A stretch of 64,000 bases of DNA, taken from IMG/VR virus record IMGVR_UViG_3300006043_000050, positions 6,954 to 70,953 of that record; one strand, written 5' to 3'. The translations under genes were made by a program, and so were the position numbers. The notes under the pieces were generated by a model. That model had not been told where the DNA came from. It saw only the letters and a list, made by a program, of their open reading frames with translations, and did not search any database. Each line of letters opens with the position of its first letter. The stretch's first letter is position 1. Origin of the DNA: a virus. Below are positions 38,726 to 47,874 of the stretch, piece by piece.

Positions 38726-39496
38726 ATGGCAACTCAGGACAAAGTCGCGCCGAAGATGGCGTTGTGGGAATCGGTGAAAACCACCGACAAGGCGTTCACC
38801 AAAACTCAGAAGCTGGAAGGCCGCGACGTTACCAGCATCAACGGCATGTATGTCGTTCAGCGCGCCACCGAGACTTTCGGCCCGATCGGCAAGGGCTGGG
38901 GCTACGAGATCCTTGCGGATCGCTTCGACCAGGGCGCCCCGATCAGGGACAAGAAGACTGGCGAAGTGATCGCCCATGAGCAGATGCACACCATCCTGCT
39001 GAAGCTCTGGTACGTGCATGGCGGCAAGCGGAACAACGTCACTCAGTACGGGCACACCCCTTTCGTTCGTGAAGGCTCATGGGGGCCATACACCGACTTC
39101 GATGCCCCTAAGAAGAGCCTCACCGATGCCATCAAAAAGTGCCTGAGCCTGCTCGGCTTCTGCGCTGACGTGCACCTCGGCATGTTCGAGGACGAGATCT
39201 ACCTGCAAGGACTCGAGCTGAAGAAGCGCCTGGAAGAAGCTGGCGAAAGCGGCAAACAGGAAGTCATGGACGAAGCCAAGGCAGCGTTCCGCGCATGGGT
39301 TGACACCCAGATCGAAGTTCTCGCCTCCACCAACAACCAGCGCGCGCTGGAAGCCATGCGCAAAAACATCTGCGAGAAGGCTCGCGAGAAAGCAAAGGTC
39401 GTGAACTACGACCCCGCCGACGTAGAGCGCCGCATCAACGAGGCCGCCGACGAGCGCCTGCAGTACCTCAACGACAAATACCCGACCGGTAAGTAA
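38726..39496 (+). CDS. Rad52/Sak-like single-strand annealing protein
   Basis: ATETFGPIGKGWG...DAPKKSLTDAIKKCLSLLGFCADVHLGMFED. Confidence 0.7.
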   Translation: MATQDKVAPKMALWESVKTTDKAFTKTQKLEGRDVTSINGMYVVQRATETFGPIGKGWGYEILADRFDQGAPIRDKKTGEVIAHEQMHTILLKLWYVHGGKRNNVTQYGHTPFVREGSWGPYTDFDAPKKSLTDAIKKCLSLLGFCADVHLGMFEDEIYLQGLELKKRLEEAGESGKQEVMDEAKAAFRAWVDTQIEVLASTNNQRALEAMRKNICEKAREKAKVVNYDPADVERRINEAADERLQYLNDKYPTGK

Positions 39497-39521
39497 CCCC
39501 GTCCATCACGGAGAAGCAGAC

Positions 39522-40589
39522 ATGACCATCATGAACCACGTGAACATCGAAACCGGCACCGTGAACATTGCCGTTTTCAACCAAACCGACGCTGCCCTGG
39601 CTGCGTTGCGCGAGAAGTATCAGGTCGTGCCTGATGCCAACACCGATGACGGCTATGCCTTCGTCAAGGACGGCATCAAGGAACTGACCACCCTTCGCAC
39701 CCGCCTCGAGGCAGTGCGCAAAGAGGTGAAGGAACCTTACTTGCAGGCCGGCCGAATCATCGACGCCGAAGCCAAGCGCATCACCACCGAGCTCACCACC
39801 CTGGAAGAGCCCATGAAGGCGGCCAAGAAAGTGGTAGACGACCGTGTCGAGCGCGAGCGCCAGGAGCGTATCGCCCGCCTGCAAGAGAAGGTCGACGCCA
39901 TCAAGGCAATGCCTGGCCAGGTTCGTGGCAAGAGCAGCGAAGAAATCGAAGCCATGATTGATCGCGTCGGTGAGATCGACGTCATGCATGACTTCTTCGA
40001 CCTCACCAGGGAAGCCGTAGCAGCCAAAGACGCAGCGATGAACGAGCTGACCCAGATGCTGGGCGAGCGCTTGGAGTTCGAGGTCAACGAGAAGGCACGC
40101 CTGCAGGCTGAAGCCGAGCGCGCCGAACTGCAACGCCAACTCAAGGCACAGCAGGAAGAGAACGATCGCATCCTGCGCGAGCAGCAAGCCGAAATGCAGC
40201 GCCAGCAGGACGAGATCAAGCGTCAGCAGCAGGAAATGCAGCGTCAGCAGGACGAAATGCGCCAGCAACGTGAAGCTCTGGACCGTGCCCAGGCCGCCCT
40301 GCAACAGCCTGCACCTGCCGCCGAAGTCGCCCAGGTCGAAGCGCCAGCCGAAGTGGTCGCAGCCAAACCGGCACCGGCAACCAGCAAGGCCAAGCCCGAC
40401 AACCGCCAGTGGCATGCAGTGGTTACCGACAAGTCCGCACTGATCGCCGCGATCGCCGCAGGCTTCGGCACCGAGGATCTGCTGATCGTCGACCAGGCCG
40501 CTCTCGACAGCCTGGCCAACGACAAGCGCAACAGCCTGGAACTGCCGGGCGTTGTCGCCCAGCCGGTACCGGCCACCCACGCCGCCTAA
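39522..40589 (+). CDS. Coiled-coil protein of the recombination module (DUF1351-like)
   Basis: 355 aa; RTRLEAVRKEVKEPYLQAGRIIDAEAKRI and a Gln-rich heptad repeat. Confidence 0.6.
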   Translation: MTIMNHVNIETGTVNIAVFNQTDAALAALREKYQVVPDANTDDGYAFVKDGIKELTTLRTRLEAVRKEVKEPYLQAGRIIDAEAKRITTELTTLEEPMKAAKKVVDDRVERERQERIARLQEKVDAIKAMPGQVRGKSSEEIEAMIDRVGEIDVMHDFFDLTREAVAAKDAAMNELTQMLGERLEFEVNEKARLQAEAERAELQRQLKAQQEENDRILREQQAEMQRQQDEIKRQQQEMQRQQDEMRQQREALDRAQAALQQPAPAAEVAQVEAPAEVVAAKPAPATSKAKPDNRQWHAVVTDKSALIAAIAAGFGTEDLLIVDQAALDSLANDKRNSLELPGVVAQPVPATHAA

Positions 40590-40663
40590 CCCAATCCCTG
40601 AATAACCGACCGCGCCGGCCCATCCGGCGTGGGTTGGGGTTCCTACACCCTGGAGTCACTGAA

Positions 40664-41242
40664 ATGTCCAATTTGATCAACGTATTCGACTTCGAAACCA
40701 CTGGCATTCCGGACTGGAAACAGCCCAGCGAAGCCGGCCACCAGCCTCATATCGTCGAGGTCGCCGCCCTGCTTTGCGACGCCGAAGGCAACATCAAAGA
40801 CCGCTACCAGGCGATCGTCCGCCCGAACGGCTGGGTCATCCCTGAAGAGTCGATCAAGCAGCACGGCATCACCATGGAACGGGCCATGGACGAGGGTATT
40901 CCCGAGGTCGAAGCCCTCGAAGGCTTCCTGGCAATCCACTCCCTGGCCAGTATCCGTGTCGCCCACAACGCCACCTTCGACGACCGTATCGCCCGTATCG
41001 CGATCGCCCGTTACCACGGCAAAGACCTTGCCGACAGCTTCAAGGAAACCACCGAGAAGTTCTGCACCTGCAATAGCTCGCGCGGCCCGGTAGGCCTGGG
41101 CAAGTTGCCAACCCTGGCCGAGGCCTACAAGCACTTCACTGGCGAAGACCTGGTGGAAGCCCACCGCGCCATGCCCGACGCCCTTGCCTGCGCACAAATT
41201 TACTTCGCCTTGAAAGGCATCCGCATGCCGGATGCCGCGTAA
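40664..41242 (+). CDS. DEDDh 3'-5' exonuclease (DnaQ-like)
   Basis: VFDFETTG, VAHNATFDD and AHRAMPDA motifs. Confidence 0.92.
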   Translation: MSNLINVFDFETTGIPDWKQPSEAGHQPHIVEVAALLCDAEGNIKDRYQAIVRPNGWVIPEESIKQHGITMERAMDEGIPEVEALEGFLAIHSLASIRVAHNATFDDRIARIAIARYHGKDLADSFKETTEKFCTCNSSRGPVGLGKLPTLAEAYKHFTGEDLVEAHRAMPDALACAQIYFALKGIRMPDAA

Positions 41243-41243
41243 C

Positions 41244-41545
41244 GGCCCGGATGGGCAGGGCACGGCAAGGCTAGGCACGGCCGGGCGCGGCAAGGGCTAC
41301 TCGATAGCGGTCTGGCGATTCACTGAGTCGCCTTTCCGGTGCCGAGAGGCATCACACGGCGGGACGTGCTCAGGCACGGCGAGCCGGGGCGAGGCGCGAC
41401 CAGGCAAGGGCTGTAACCAGCGGTCTGCCGATTCTTCGAGTCGGCTTTCCGGTGGCATCAACCACTAGCGGCATCGCATGTCCGGGCAAGGCGAGGCACC
41501 GCGGGGCGCCGCGCGGAATGGCGAGGCAAGGGCGCATAGCGCACA
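41244..41545 (+). ncRNA. Array of three GGC-NN pentamer-repeat RNA units with conserved hairpin linkers (candidate guide RNAs)
   Basis: 10, 10 and 12 pentamers starting at 41244, 41358 and 41470, each ending GGCAA-GGGC; 36-nt linkers at 41306-41341 and 41419-41454 are 31/36 identical with compensatory stem changes. Confidence 0.8.
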
Positions 41546-41564
41546 CATTCATTGGAGAAGTCAG

Positions 41565-42134
41565 ATGCAAACGATCAAGGTAAAAATCATCGGCACCCGT
41601 CCTCTGCTCATGCACAGCGACATTTTCGCCGATCCGCTGAACCCGCTGACCAAGGCGCACAAGGCGCTGACCAGCAAGCGGAAGAAAACCGACGAAGATC
41701 ATGAAGCGATCGCCCAGTCCGAATGGCGCGGTGGCATGTACTTCGATGAAGAGCTCGGCCCGTATGTCCCTGGCGTGAACATCGAATCAGCGATGGTCGC
41801 CGGCGGCAAGCTCTCCAAGATGGGTACCCAACTCAAGCGCTCCGTCGAGGTCATGGACGAGCGCTGCAAGCTTGAATACACCGGCCCTCGCACCGTTTCC
41901 GGTTTGTGGGAACAGCGTTTCTACGACGCACGCAGCGTGAAGGTGCAGACCGCACGCCTCACCCGCTACCGCCCTCTTTTCCGCGAATGGTCGCTGACCT
42001 GCGAGATTGCTTTCGACTCCGAGACGATCAACCGCGAGCAGGTCGTCAAGTGCCTCGAAGACGCCGGCCAATACTGCGGCATCGGCGACTATCGCCCGAA
42101 GTTCGGCCGCTTCTCGGTGGAGGTGCAGGCATGA
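41565..42134 (+). CDS. RAMP-superfamily (Cas7-like) protein
   Basis: ATG 41565 after GGAGA; N-terminal strand TIKVKIIGTRPLLMH, PYVPGVNIESAM (compare RAMP PxIPGSSxKG) and C-terminal G-loop GIGDYRPKFGRF. Confidence 0.78.
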   Translation: MQTIKVKIIGTRPLLMHSDIFADPLNPLTKAHKALTSKRKKTDEDHEAIAQSEWRGGMYFDEELGPYVPGVNIESAMVAGGKLSKMGTQLKRSVEVMDERCKLEYTGPRTVSGLWEQRFYDARSVKVQTARLTRYRPLFREWSLTCEIAFDSETINREQVVKCLEDAGQYCGIGDYRPKFGRFSVEVQA

Positions 42135-42619
42135 GCTCAACCACTTGGAGCCTGGCCGGCGCCGTCGAGAAGTTCATCGCTAACAACTTCAACGATGGCG
42201 ACCTGATCAGCCATGACTGGCTGTCCTGGGCGCTCGAACTTCCGACCCCGAAAACGGTTGATCAGGCGCGAGAAGCTCAGTTCGTCGCCATGAGCCGTAT
42301 CGAGGACTTCAAGCAAGCGCTGCTCGAAGACCACTGCATCTACATCGTGTCCGTCCGTGGCCAGGGTTACCGCATCGTGCCGCCACGCGACCAGGCGCGC
42401 CTGGCAGCAGCTCGCGCCCTTCAGGCAACCCGTCGCGAAGTGGCGACCTGCCAGAAGGTCATGACCAAGACGCGCACAACACTGCTCAGCACAGACGAAA
42501 TGCGCCGCCACACCGACACCCAACTCAAGATCGCCGCCTTGTCCGGGATGCTCGACAAGAGCGGTCGCAACATCTTCGCCCTCTTCGACGGCAACAAGTC
42601 CTCTAACCAGGGAGCGTGA
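42131..42619 (+). CDS. Winged-helix-like / helical accessory protein coupled to the RAMP gene
   Basis: ATGA overlap; IVSVRGQGYRIV resembles a wHTH wing; long C-terminal helices. Confidence 0.6.
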   Translation: MSSTTWSLAGAVEKFIANNFNDGDLISHDWLSWALELPTPKTVDQAREAQFVAMSRIEDFKQALLEDHCIYIVSVRGQGYRIVPPRDQARLAAARALQATRREVATCQKVMTKTRTTLLSTDEMRRHTDTQLKIAALSGMLDKSGRNIFALFDGNKSSNQGA

Positions 42620-43035
42620 TCATGCACCACGAAACAACACTCAACCTGCCGTCCCCTTCCTCGAAGGAAGCCGAGCGCCAGTGGCTGGCCGACAAGTTGG
42701 CCGAGTTTCAGGCCCGGGGCGCGCAGGCAATTGAAGCACCGATCGAGAAGCGCCCACTGGTCAGCGGCCAGTGGCGCTCTTCCGACATGACGATCATCAC
42801 CGAGGGGCGCCGCCATGAGCAGGCCGCAAAGGCCCACCGCAAGGCGGGCGGCCGCCCCATCGGCGCCGTAGTCGTCGACAGCCCTGCCCTGGTCGAGCGC
42901 GCCCGCGCCATGGCTGGCCTGGGCCTCTCCAAGTATGCCGCCTCCCGCGCACTTGAGATCGGCACCGTGCGCCTTGAGCGCATGGCCAAGAAGCACGGTT
43001 TCCAGTTCGCCACCAAATCCCCTAAAGCCGCCTGA
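42616..43035 (+). CDS. Hypothetical protein with C-terminal HTH-like segment
   Basis: 139 aa; [29 protein letters not shown]. Confidence 0.6.
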   Translation: MIMHHETTLNLPSPSSKEAERQWLADKLAEFQARGAQAIEAPIEKRPLVSGQWRSSDMTIITEGRRHEQAAKAHRKAGGRPIGAVVVDSPALVERARAMAGLGLSKYAASRALEIGTVRLERMAKKHGFQFATKSPKAA

Positions 43036-43045
43036 GGACACAGCC

Positions 43046-43966
43046 ATGTGGTTCCGTAACCTGCTGATTTACCGCCTCACACAAGCCATCGAACTTGCCG
43101 CCGAAGCGCTGGAAGTCGCCCTGGCCAGCAAGCCCGCCCGCACCTGCGAAAGCCAGGAAATGACCACCTACGGTTTCGCCGCACCGTTCGGCAAGGGCGA
43201 CAACGCGCCCCTGGTGCACGCCGTCGAAGGCATGCTGCTGATCAGCACCCGCAAGCAAGAACGCATTCTGCCCGGCTCCGTAGTGCGTGACGCACTGAAG
43301 GAGAAGGTCGACGAGATCGAAGACACCCAGATGCGCAAGGTCTTCAAGAAGGAGCGCGACCAGCTCAAGGACGAGATCGTGCAGGCCTTCCTGCCGCGCG
43401 CCTTCATCCGCAAGTCCAGCACCTACGCAGCAATCGACCCGGCAGCGGGCCTGATCTACGTCGACGCCAGTTCGCCGAAGCGCGCCGAGGATCTGCTGTC
43501 GACCCTGCGCGAATGCCTTGGCTCCCTGCCTATCCGCCCGGTGTCCGTGAAGATCGCCCCCACCGCCACCCTGACCGATTGGCTCAAGCAGCAGAAGGCG
43601 GCCGAAGGCTTCGCCGTGCTCGACGAATGCGACCTACGCGACACCCACGCCGAAGGCGGCAGCATCGCGGCCAAGCATCAGGATCTGACCAGCGAAGAGA
43701 TCCAGTTGCACCTGTCCACCGGCAAACAGGCCACCAAGCTCTCCCTGGCCTGGCAGGACAAGCTGTCGTTTGTCCTCGACGACAAGCTGCAGATCAAGCG
43801 CCTGCGCTTCGAAGACCTGCTGACCGACCAGGCCGCGCAGGACGGCGGCGACGACGCCCAGTCCCAACAGTCCGCCAGCTTCTTCCTGATGATGCGCACC
43901 TTCCGCGACTTCGTTCCCGAACTGCTCACCGCCCTGGGCGGCGAAGAAGTGCCCACCGGTATCTGA
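43046..43966 (+). CDS. rdgC: Recombination-associated protein RdgC
   Basis: [11 protein letters not shown]...[10 protein letters not shown]...[15 protein letters not shown]...[18 protein letters not shown]. Confidence 0.95.
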   Translation: MWFRNLLIYRLTQAIELAAEALEVALASKPARTCESQEMTTYGFAAPFGKGDNAPLVHAVEGMLLISTRKQERILPGSVVRDALKEKVDEIEDTQMRKVFKKERDQLKDEIVQAFLPRAFIRKSSTYAAIDPAAGLIYVDASSPKRAEDLLSTLRECLGSLPIRPVSVKIAPTATLTDWLKQQKAAEGFAVLDECDLRDTHAEGGSIAAKHQDLTSEEIQLHLSTGKQATKLSLAWQDKLSFVLDDKLQIKRLRFEDLLTDQAAQDGGDDAQSQQSASFFLMMRTFRDFVPELLTALGGEEVPTGI

Positions 43967-43994
43967 CCAGCCAGCAGCGAACAGGAAAATCATC

Positions 43995-45008
43995 ATGCCT
44001 ATCCGTCACAGCATCATCCATCTGATCGATAAGAAGCCCGATGGCAGCCCTTCCGTGCTGCATGCCGTCGCCCACGCACTGCCTGACTCGCAGGCACGCG
44101 ACAACCTGCTGACCGATCTGAACGAGACCTACAACGCCAAGCCAGGCAAGGCCTGGGGCCTGTTCCATGAGGAATCTGGCGCCTATCCGCTCAGCGGCTG
44201 GCTGCGCGATTACCTCGATGGCAAGCAGGACTTCGTCGCCTTCAGCCGTGTGGCCGTCGAGCACCTGCAGAAGCTGATGGAGGAATCCAACCTTACCGTT
44301 GGCGGTCACGCCATGTTCACCCACTACCAGCAAGGCATGACCGAATACCTGGCCATTGCCCTGCTGCACCACAGCGAAGGCGTGACGATCACCGAAGACC
44401 TCGAAGTTGTGCCGGCCAAGCACCTCGACCTGACCCAACTGCACCTGGCCGCGCGCATCAACCTGAGCGAATGGCGCAACAACCCGAACTCGCGCCAGTA
44501 CATTTCGTTCATCAAGGGCAAGGGCGGTCGCCGCGTCTGTGACTACTTCCGCGACTTCATCGGCTGCCAGGAAGGCATCGACGCCCCCGGCGAAACCCGC
44601 ACCCTACTCAAGGCGTTCAGCGACTTTATCGAGAGCGAAGATCTGCCGGAAGAGTCCACCCGCGAGAAAACCAACACCCTGGTGGGCTACGCCACCAGCC
44701 AGGCCAAGTTGGGCGAGCCTATCAGCCTGGAAGAACTGGCCGCACTGATCGACGAGGAACGCCCAGCCGCGTTCTATGAGTTCATCCGCAACAAGGACTA
44801 TGGCCTGTCGCCTGAAATCCCTGCGGATAAACGCACCCTAAATCAGTTCCGCCGCTTCACCGCGCGCACCGAAGGCCTATCGCTCAGCTTCGAGGCACAC
44901 CTGCTGGGCAACAAGGTCGAGTTTGACCAGGCGCGTAACCAACTGGTGATCCGCAACCTGCCGACCCAACTGGTCGACCAGCTCAAGCGCGCAGGTGCTT
45001 CCTCATGA
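43995..45008 (+). CDS. yejK: Nucleoid-associated protein YejK/NdpA
   Basis: [17 protein letters not shown]...[12 protein letters not shown]...[23 protein letters not shown]. Confidence 0.93.
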   Translation: MPIRHSIIHLIDKKPDGSPSVLHAVAHALPDSQARDNLLTDLNETYNAKPGKAWGLFHEESGAYPLSGWLRDYLDGKQDFVAFSRVAVEHLQKLMEESNLTVGGHAMFTHYQQGMTEYLAIALLHHSEGVTITEDLEVVPAKHLDLTQLHLAARINLSEWRNNPNSRQYISFIKGKGGRRVCDYFRDFIGCQEGIDAPGETRTLLKAFSDFIESEDLPEESTREKTNTLVGYATSQAKLGEPISLEELAALIDEERPAAFYEFIRNKDYGLSPEIPADKRTLNQFRRFTARTEGLSLSFEAHLLGNKVEFDQARNQLVIRNLPTQLVDQLKRAGASS

Positions 45009-45256
45009 GCCTGACCAGCAAAGCCAAGACCTTCCACGTCTGCGTTGCCGTCAGCTACGTGATCGCCCGGGCGCGCCGACCGCGCGCCCTGGATGACCTG
45101 CTGAGCGAGCGCGGTACCGGCCGCCCGATTCCTGGCGAAGAGGTGCTGGCCATCGCCCGTGACTGCGCAGAACGCGGGTTCACCATGATCCCGAGCTGCG
45201 ACCACCACGGTGATAACGGCGGCTGCCTTGGCCATCCGGTGGAGGCCTCGGTATGA
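45005..45256 (+). CDS. Small hypothetical protein
   Basis: Coupled 83-aa ORF; [16 protein letters not shown]. Confidence 0.55.
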   Translation: MSLTSKAKTFHVCVAVSYVIARARRPRALDDLLSERGTGRPIPGEEVLAIARDCAERGFTMIPSCDHHGDNGGCLGHPVEASV

Positions 45257-47874
45257 CGGTCTGCTACGAGAAGTTCCTGCAGCAGAAGGTGCGCCTGGCT
45301 GAGCCGCAAGGCTTCGAGGTCGACCAGTCTGCCTTCCATGAACTGCTCAAGCCCCACCAGCGCGCCATTGCAGCATGGATGGTTCGCCAGGGACGCGCGG
45401 CGTGCTTCGCCGCGTTCGGCCTGGGCAAGTCGATGATCCAACTGGAAGTGGTGCGCGTCACCCGCCAGCTGGCCGGCGGCTATGCGCTGATCACCCTCCC
45501 GCTCGGTGTGCGCCAGGAGTTCGTCCGCGACGCCGCCAAGCTGGGTATCTCGGTGAAGTTCATCCGCCGCTTCGAAGAGGTGGAGGACGAGCAGACCATC
45601 TACCTGACCAACTACGAAACAGTCCGCGACGGCAAGCTAGATCCTCGCTTGTTCAGCGTGGCCAGCCTCGACGAGGCAAGTTGCCTGCGCGGGTTCGGCG
45701 GGTCGAAGACCTTCCGAGAGTTCATGGCGCTGTTCGCCGGCGACGATCGCGCCAACGGCGTCCGCACTGAGGGTGTCCGGTATCGGTACGTGGCCACGGC
45801 CACACCGAGCCCGAACGAATATATCGAAATGCTCGCCTACTCGGCCTTCCTGGGCGTGATGGACGTTGGCCAGGCCAAGACCCGGTTCTTCAAGCGCAAC
45901 AGCGAGCACGCCGACCAACTCACCATCCATGCCCACAAGGAAGCCGAGTTCTGGATGTGGGTCGCGTCCTGGGGGATTTTCGTCCAGCGCCCGAGCGATC
46001 TGGGTTTCAGTGACGAAGGCTACGACCTGCCAGAACTCGACATTCGTTGGCATGAGGTGCCATCCGACCATTCCAACGCCGGCCATGAACGCAATGGCCA
46101 GGGCCGCCTGCTGCGTAACACCGCCATCGGCGTGCAGGACGCCGCTGCCGAGAAGCGCGAAAGCCTGACCGCCCGTGTCGCCAAGATGATGGAACTGCGC
46201 GCCGAGGATCCAGACGCCCACCGGATCATCTGGCACGACCTCGAGGCCGAGCGCCACGCGATCGAGAAAGCCATTCCCTCTGTCGTCAGCGTGTACGGCT
46301 CGCAGGATATCAACGAGCGCGAGAACGCGATCATCGACTTCAGCGACGGCAAGTTTCCTGAACTGGCCGCAAAGCCCGTCATCGCCGGCAGCGGCTGCAA
46401 CTTCCAGCGCCATTGCTCCTGGGCCATCTACCTGGGCATCGGCTTCAAGTTCAACGACTTCATCCAATCCATTCACCGTCTGCACCGCTTCCTGCAGGCC
46501 GGTCGCGTGCGCATCGACCTGATCTACACCGAGGCCGAGCGCGACATCCGCCGCCAGTTGGAAAGGAAGTGGAAACAGCACAACACCATGGTTCAGCGCA
46601 TGACCGAGATCATCAAGAAATACGGCCTGTCCGTGGCCGCCATGGCTCAGCAGCTCACCCGCGCCATGGGCGTCGAGCGCGTCGAGATCAAGGGCAAGGA
46701 CTACACCGTCGTCAACAACGACACCGTCCTCGAAACCCGTCGCATGGAGAGCAACAGCGTCGGCCTGATCATCACCAGCATCCCGTTCAGCACGCAGTAC
46801 GAGTACTCGCCGAACTACGCCGACTTCGGCCACACCGACAGCAACGAGCACTTCTTCCAGCAGATGGACTACCTGATCCCCGAACTGCTGCGGGTGACCA
46901 TCCCCGGGCGCCTGGCCTGCATCCACGTCAAGGATCGCATCGTGCCCGGCGGCCTAACCGGCCTGGGCTTCCAGACCGTCTACCGCTTCCACTCCAAGGT
47001 CTGCGACCACTTCGAGGCGCACGGCTGGGCCTACATGGGCATGAAGACCATCACCACCGACGTGGTACGCGAGAACGCCCAGACCTACCGCCTCAGCTGG
47101 ACCGAGCAATGCAAGGACGGCACCAAGATGGGCGTCGGCATGCCCGAGTACCTGCTGATCTTCCGCAAGCCGCCGACCGACAACAGCAATGCCTACGGCG
47201 ACGTGCCCGTGGTGAAGGCAAAGCCCCTGTGCATCGACGAAGAAGGCAACATCGTGCCATTCGCCATGGACAAGAAGCTGACCGTCACACGCGGCAACGG
47301 CTACAGCCGCGCCCGCTGGCAGCTCGACGCCCACGGCTTCACCCGCAGCAACGGCAACCGCCCGCTGACCGAGGCCGACTTCGAAGGCATCCCGCACGAC
47401 GTGATGTTCAAGCTCTACCGCGACTACAGCCTGTCCAGCGTCTACGACTTCGAGCACCACGTCACCATCGGCGAGGCCCTGGAGGTCTCCGGCAAGCTGC
47501 CCACCGGCTTCATGCTCCTGCCACCACAGAGCGTGCACCCCGACGTCTGGTCGGATATCTCCCGCATGCGCACGCTCAACGCCGAGCAGTACAGCAAGGG
47601 CCAGGAAATGCACCTGTGCCCCCTGCAGTTCGACATCGTCGACCGCGCCATCGTCCAGTACTCCATGGAAGGCGACCTGGTATTCGACCCGTTCGGCGGC
47701 CTGATGACCGTCCCCTACTGCGCCATCAAGCTCAAGCGCAAAGCCCGCGCCCACGAACTGAACCCCCGCTATTTCGTCGACGGCGCCGCCTACTGCAAGG
47801 ACGCCGAGGACGGCATGAACGCCCCCGACCTCTTCGCCCTGCTCGATGCCGAGCAGCAGGAAGGTGCGGAATGA
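45253..47874 (+). CDS. SF2/SNF2-like helicase fused to an N4C/N6A DNA methyltransferase
   Basis: FAAFGLGKS, LDEAS and TATPSPN helicase motifs; C-terminal ITSIPF (motif IV variant), HLCPLQ and VFDPFGGLMT. Confidence 0.85.
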   Translation: MTVCYEKFLQQKVRLAEPQGFEVDQSAFHELLKPHQRAIAAWMVRQGRAACFAAFGLGKSMIQLEVVRVTRQLAGGYALITLPLGVRQEFVRDAAKLGISVKFIRRFEEVEDEQTIYLTNYETVRDGKLDPRLFSVASLDEASCLRGFGGSKTFREFMALFAGDDRANGVRTEGVRYRYVATATPSPNEYIEMLAYSAFLGVMDVGQAKTRFFKRNSEHADQLTIHAHKEAEFWMWVASWGIFVQRPSDLGFSDEGYDLPELDIRWHEVPSDHSNAGHERNGQGRLLRNTAIGVQDAAAEKRESLTARVAKMMELRAEDPDAHRIIWHDLEAERHAIEKAIPSVVSVYGSQDINERENAIIDFSDGKFPELAAKPVIAGSGCNFQRHCSWAIYLGIGFKFNDFIQSIHRLHRFLQAGRVRIDLIYTEAERDIRRQLERKWKQHNTMVQRMTEIIKKYGLSVAAMAQQLTRAMGVERVEIKGKDYTVVNNDTVLETRRMESNSVGLIITSIPFSTQYEYSPNYADFGHTDSNEHFFQQMDYLIPELLRVTIPGRLACIHVKDRIVPGGLTGLGFQTVYRFHSKVCDHFEAHGWAYMGMKTITTDVVRENAQTYRLSWTEQCKDGTKMGVGMPEYLLIFRKPPTDNSNAYGDVPVVKAKPLCIDEEGNIVPFAMDKKLTVTRGNGYSRARWQLDAHGFTRSNGNRPLTEADFEGIPHDVMFKLYRDYSLSSVYDFEHHVTIGEALEVSGKLPTGFMLLPPQSVHPDVWSDISRMRTLNAEQYSKGQEMHLCPLQFDIVDRAIVQYSMEGDLVFDPFGGLMTVPYCAIKLKRKARAHELNPRYFVDGAAYCKDAEDGMNAPDLFALLDAEQQEGAE

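Noticed and set aside
40180-40275. CAGCAG-rich tandem repeat
   Set aside because: Explained by the Gln-rich heptad coiled coil of the 39522-40589 protein.
41244-41293. Unit 1 dinucleotides joined without gaps (CCTGAGACAATAACCGGCAA) share 13 nt with the blaTEM promoter region as I remember it (TGAGACAATAACC)
   Set aside because: The flanks do not match, units 2 and 3 give no comparable hit, and it came from informal multiple comparisons; treated as coincidence.
41244-41545. Canonical CRISPR array or TIGR array
   Set aside because: No 25-40 nt unique spacers between identical repeats, no box C/D-like motifs and no Nop-domain gene seen; the periodicity is 5 nt.
41232-41564. ORF-track proteins 41232-41468 and the 41478 N-terminal extension of the RAMP gene
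   Set aside because: These are Gly/Arg/Ala-rich read-throughs of the pentamer repeats; the RBS (GGAGA) supports ATG 41565.
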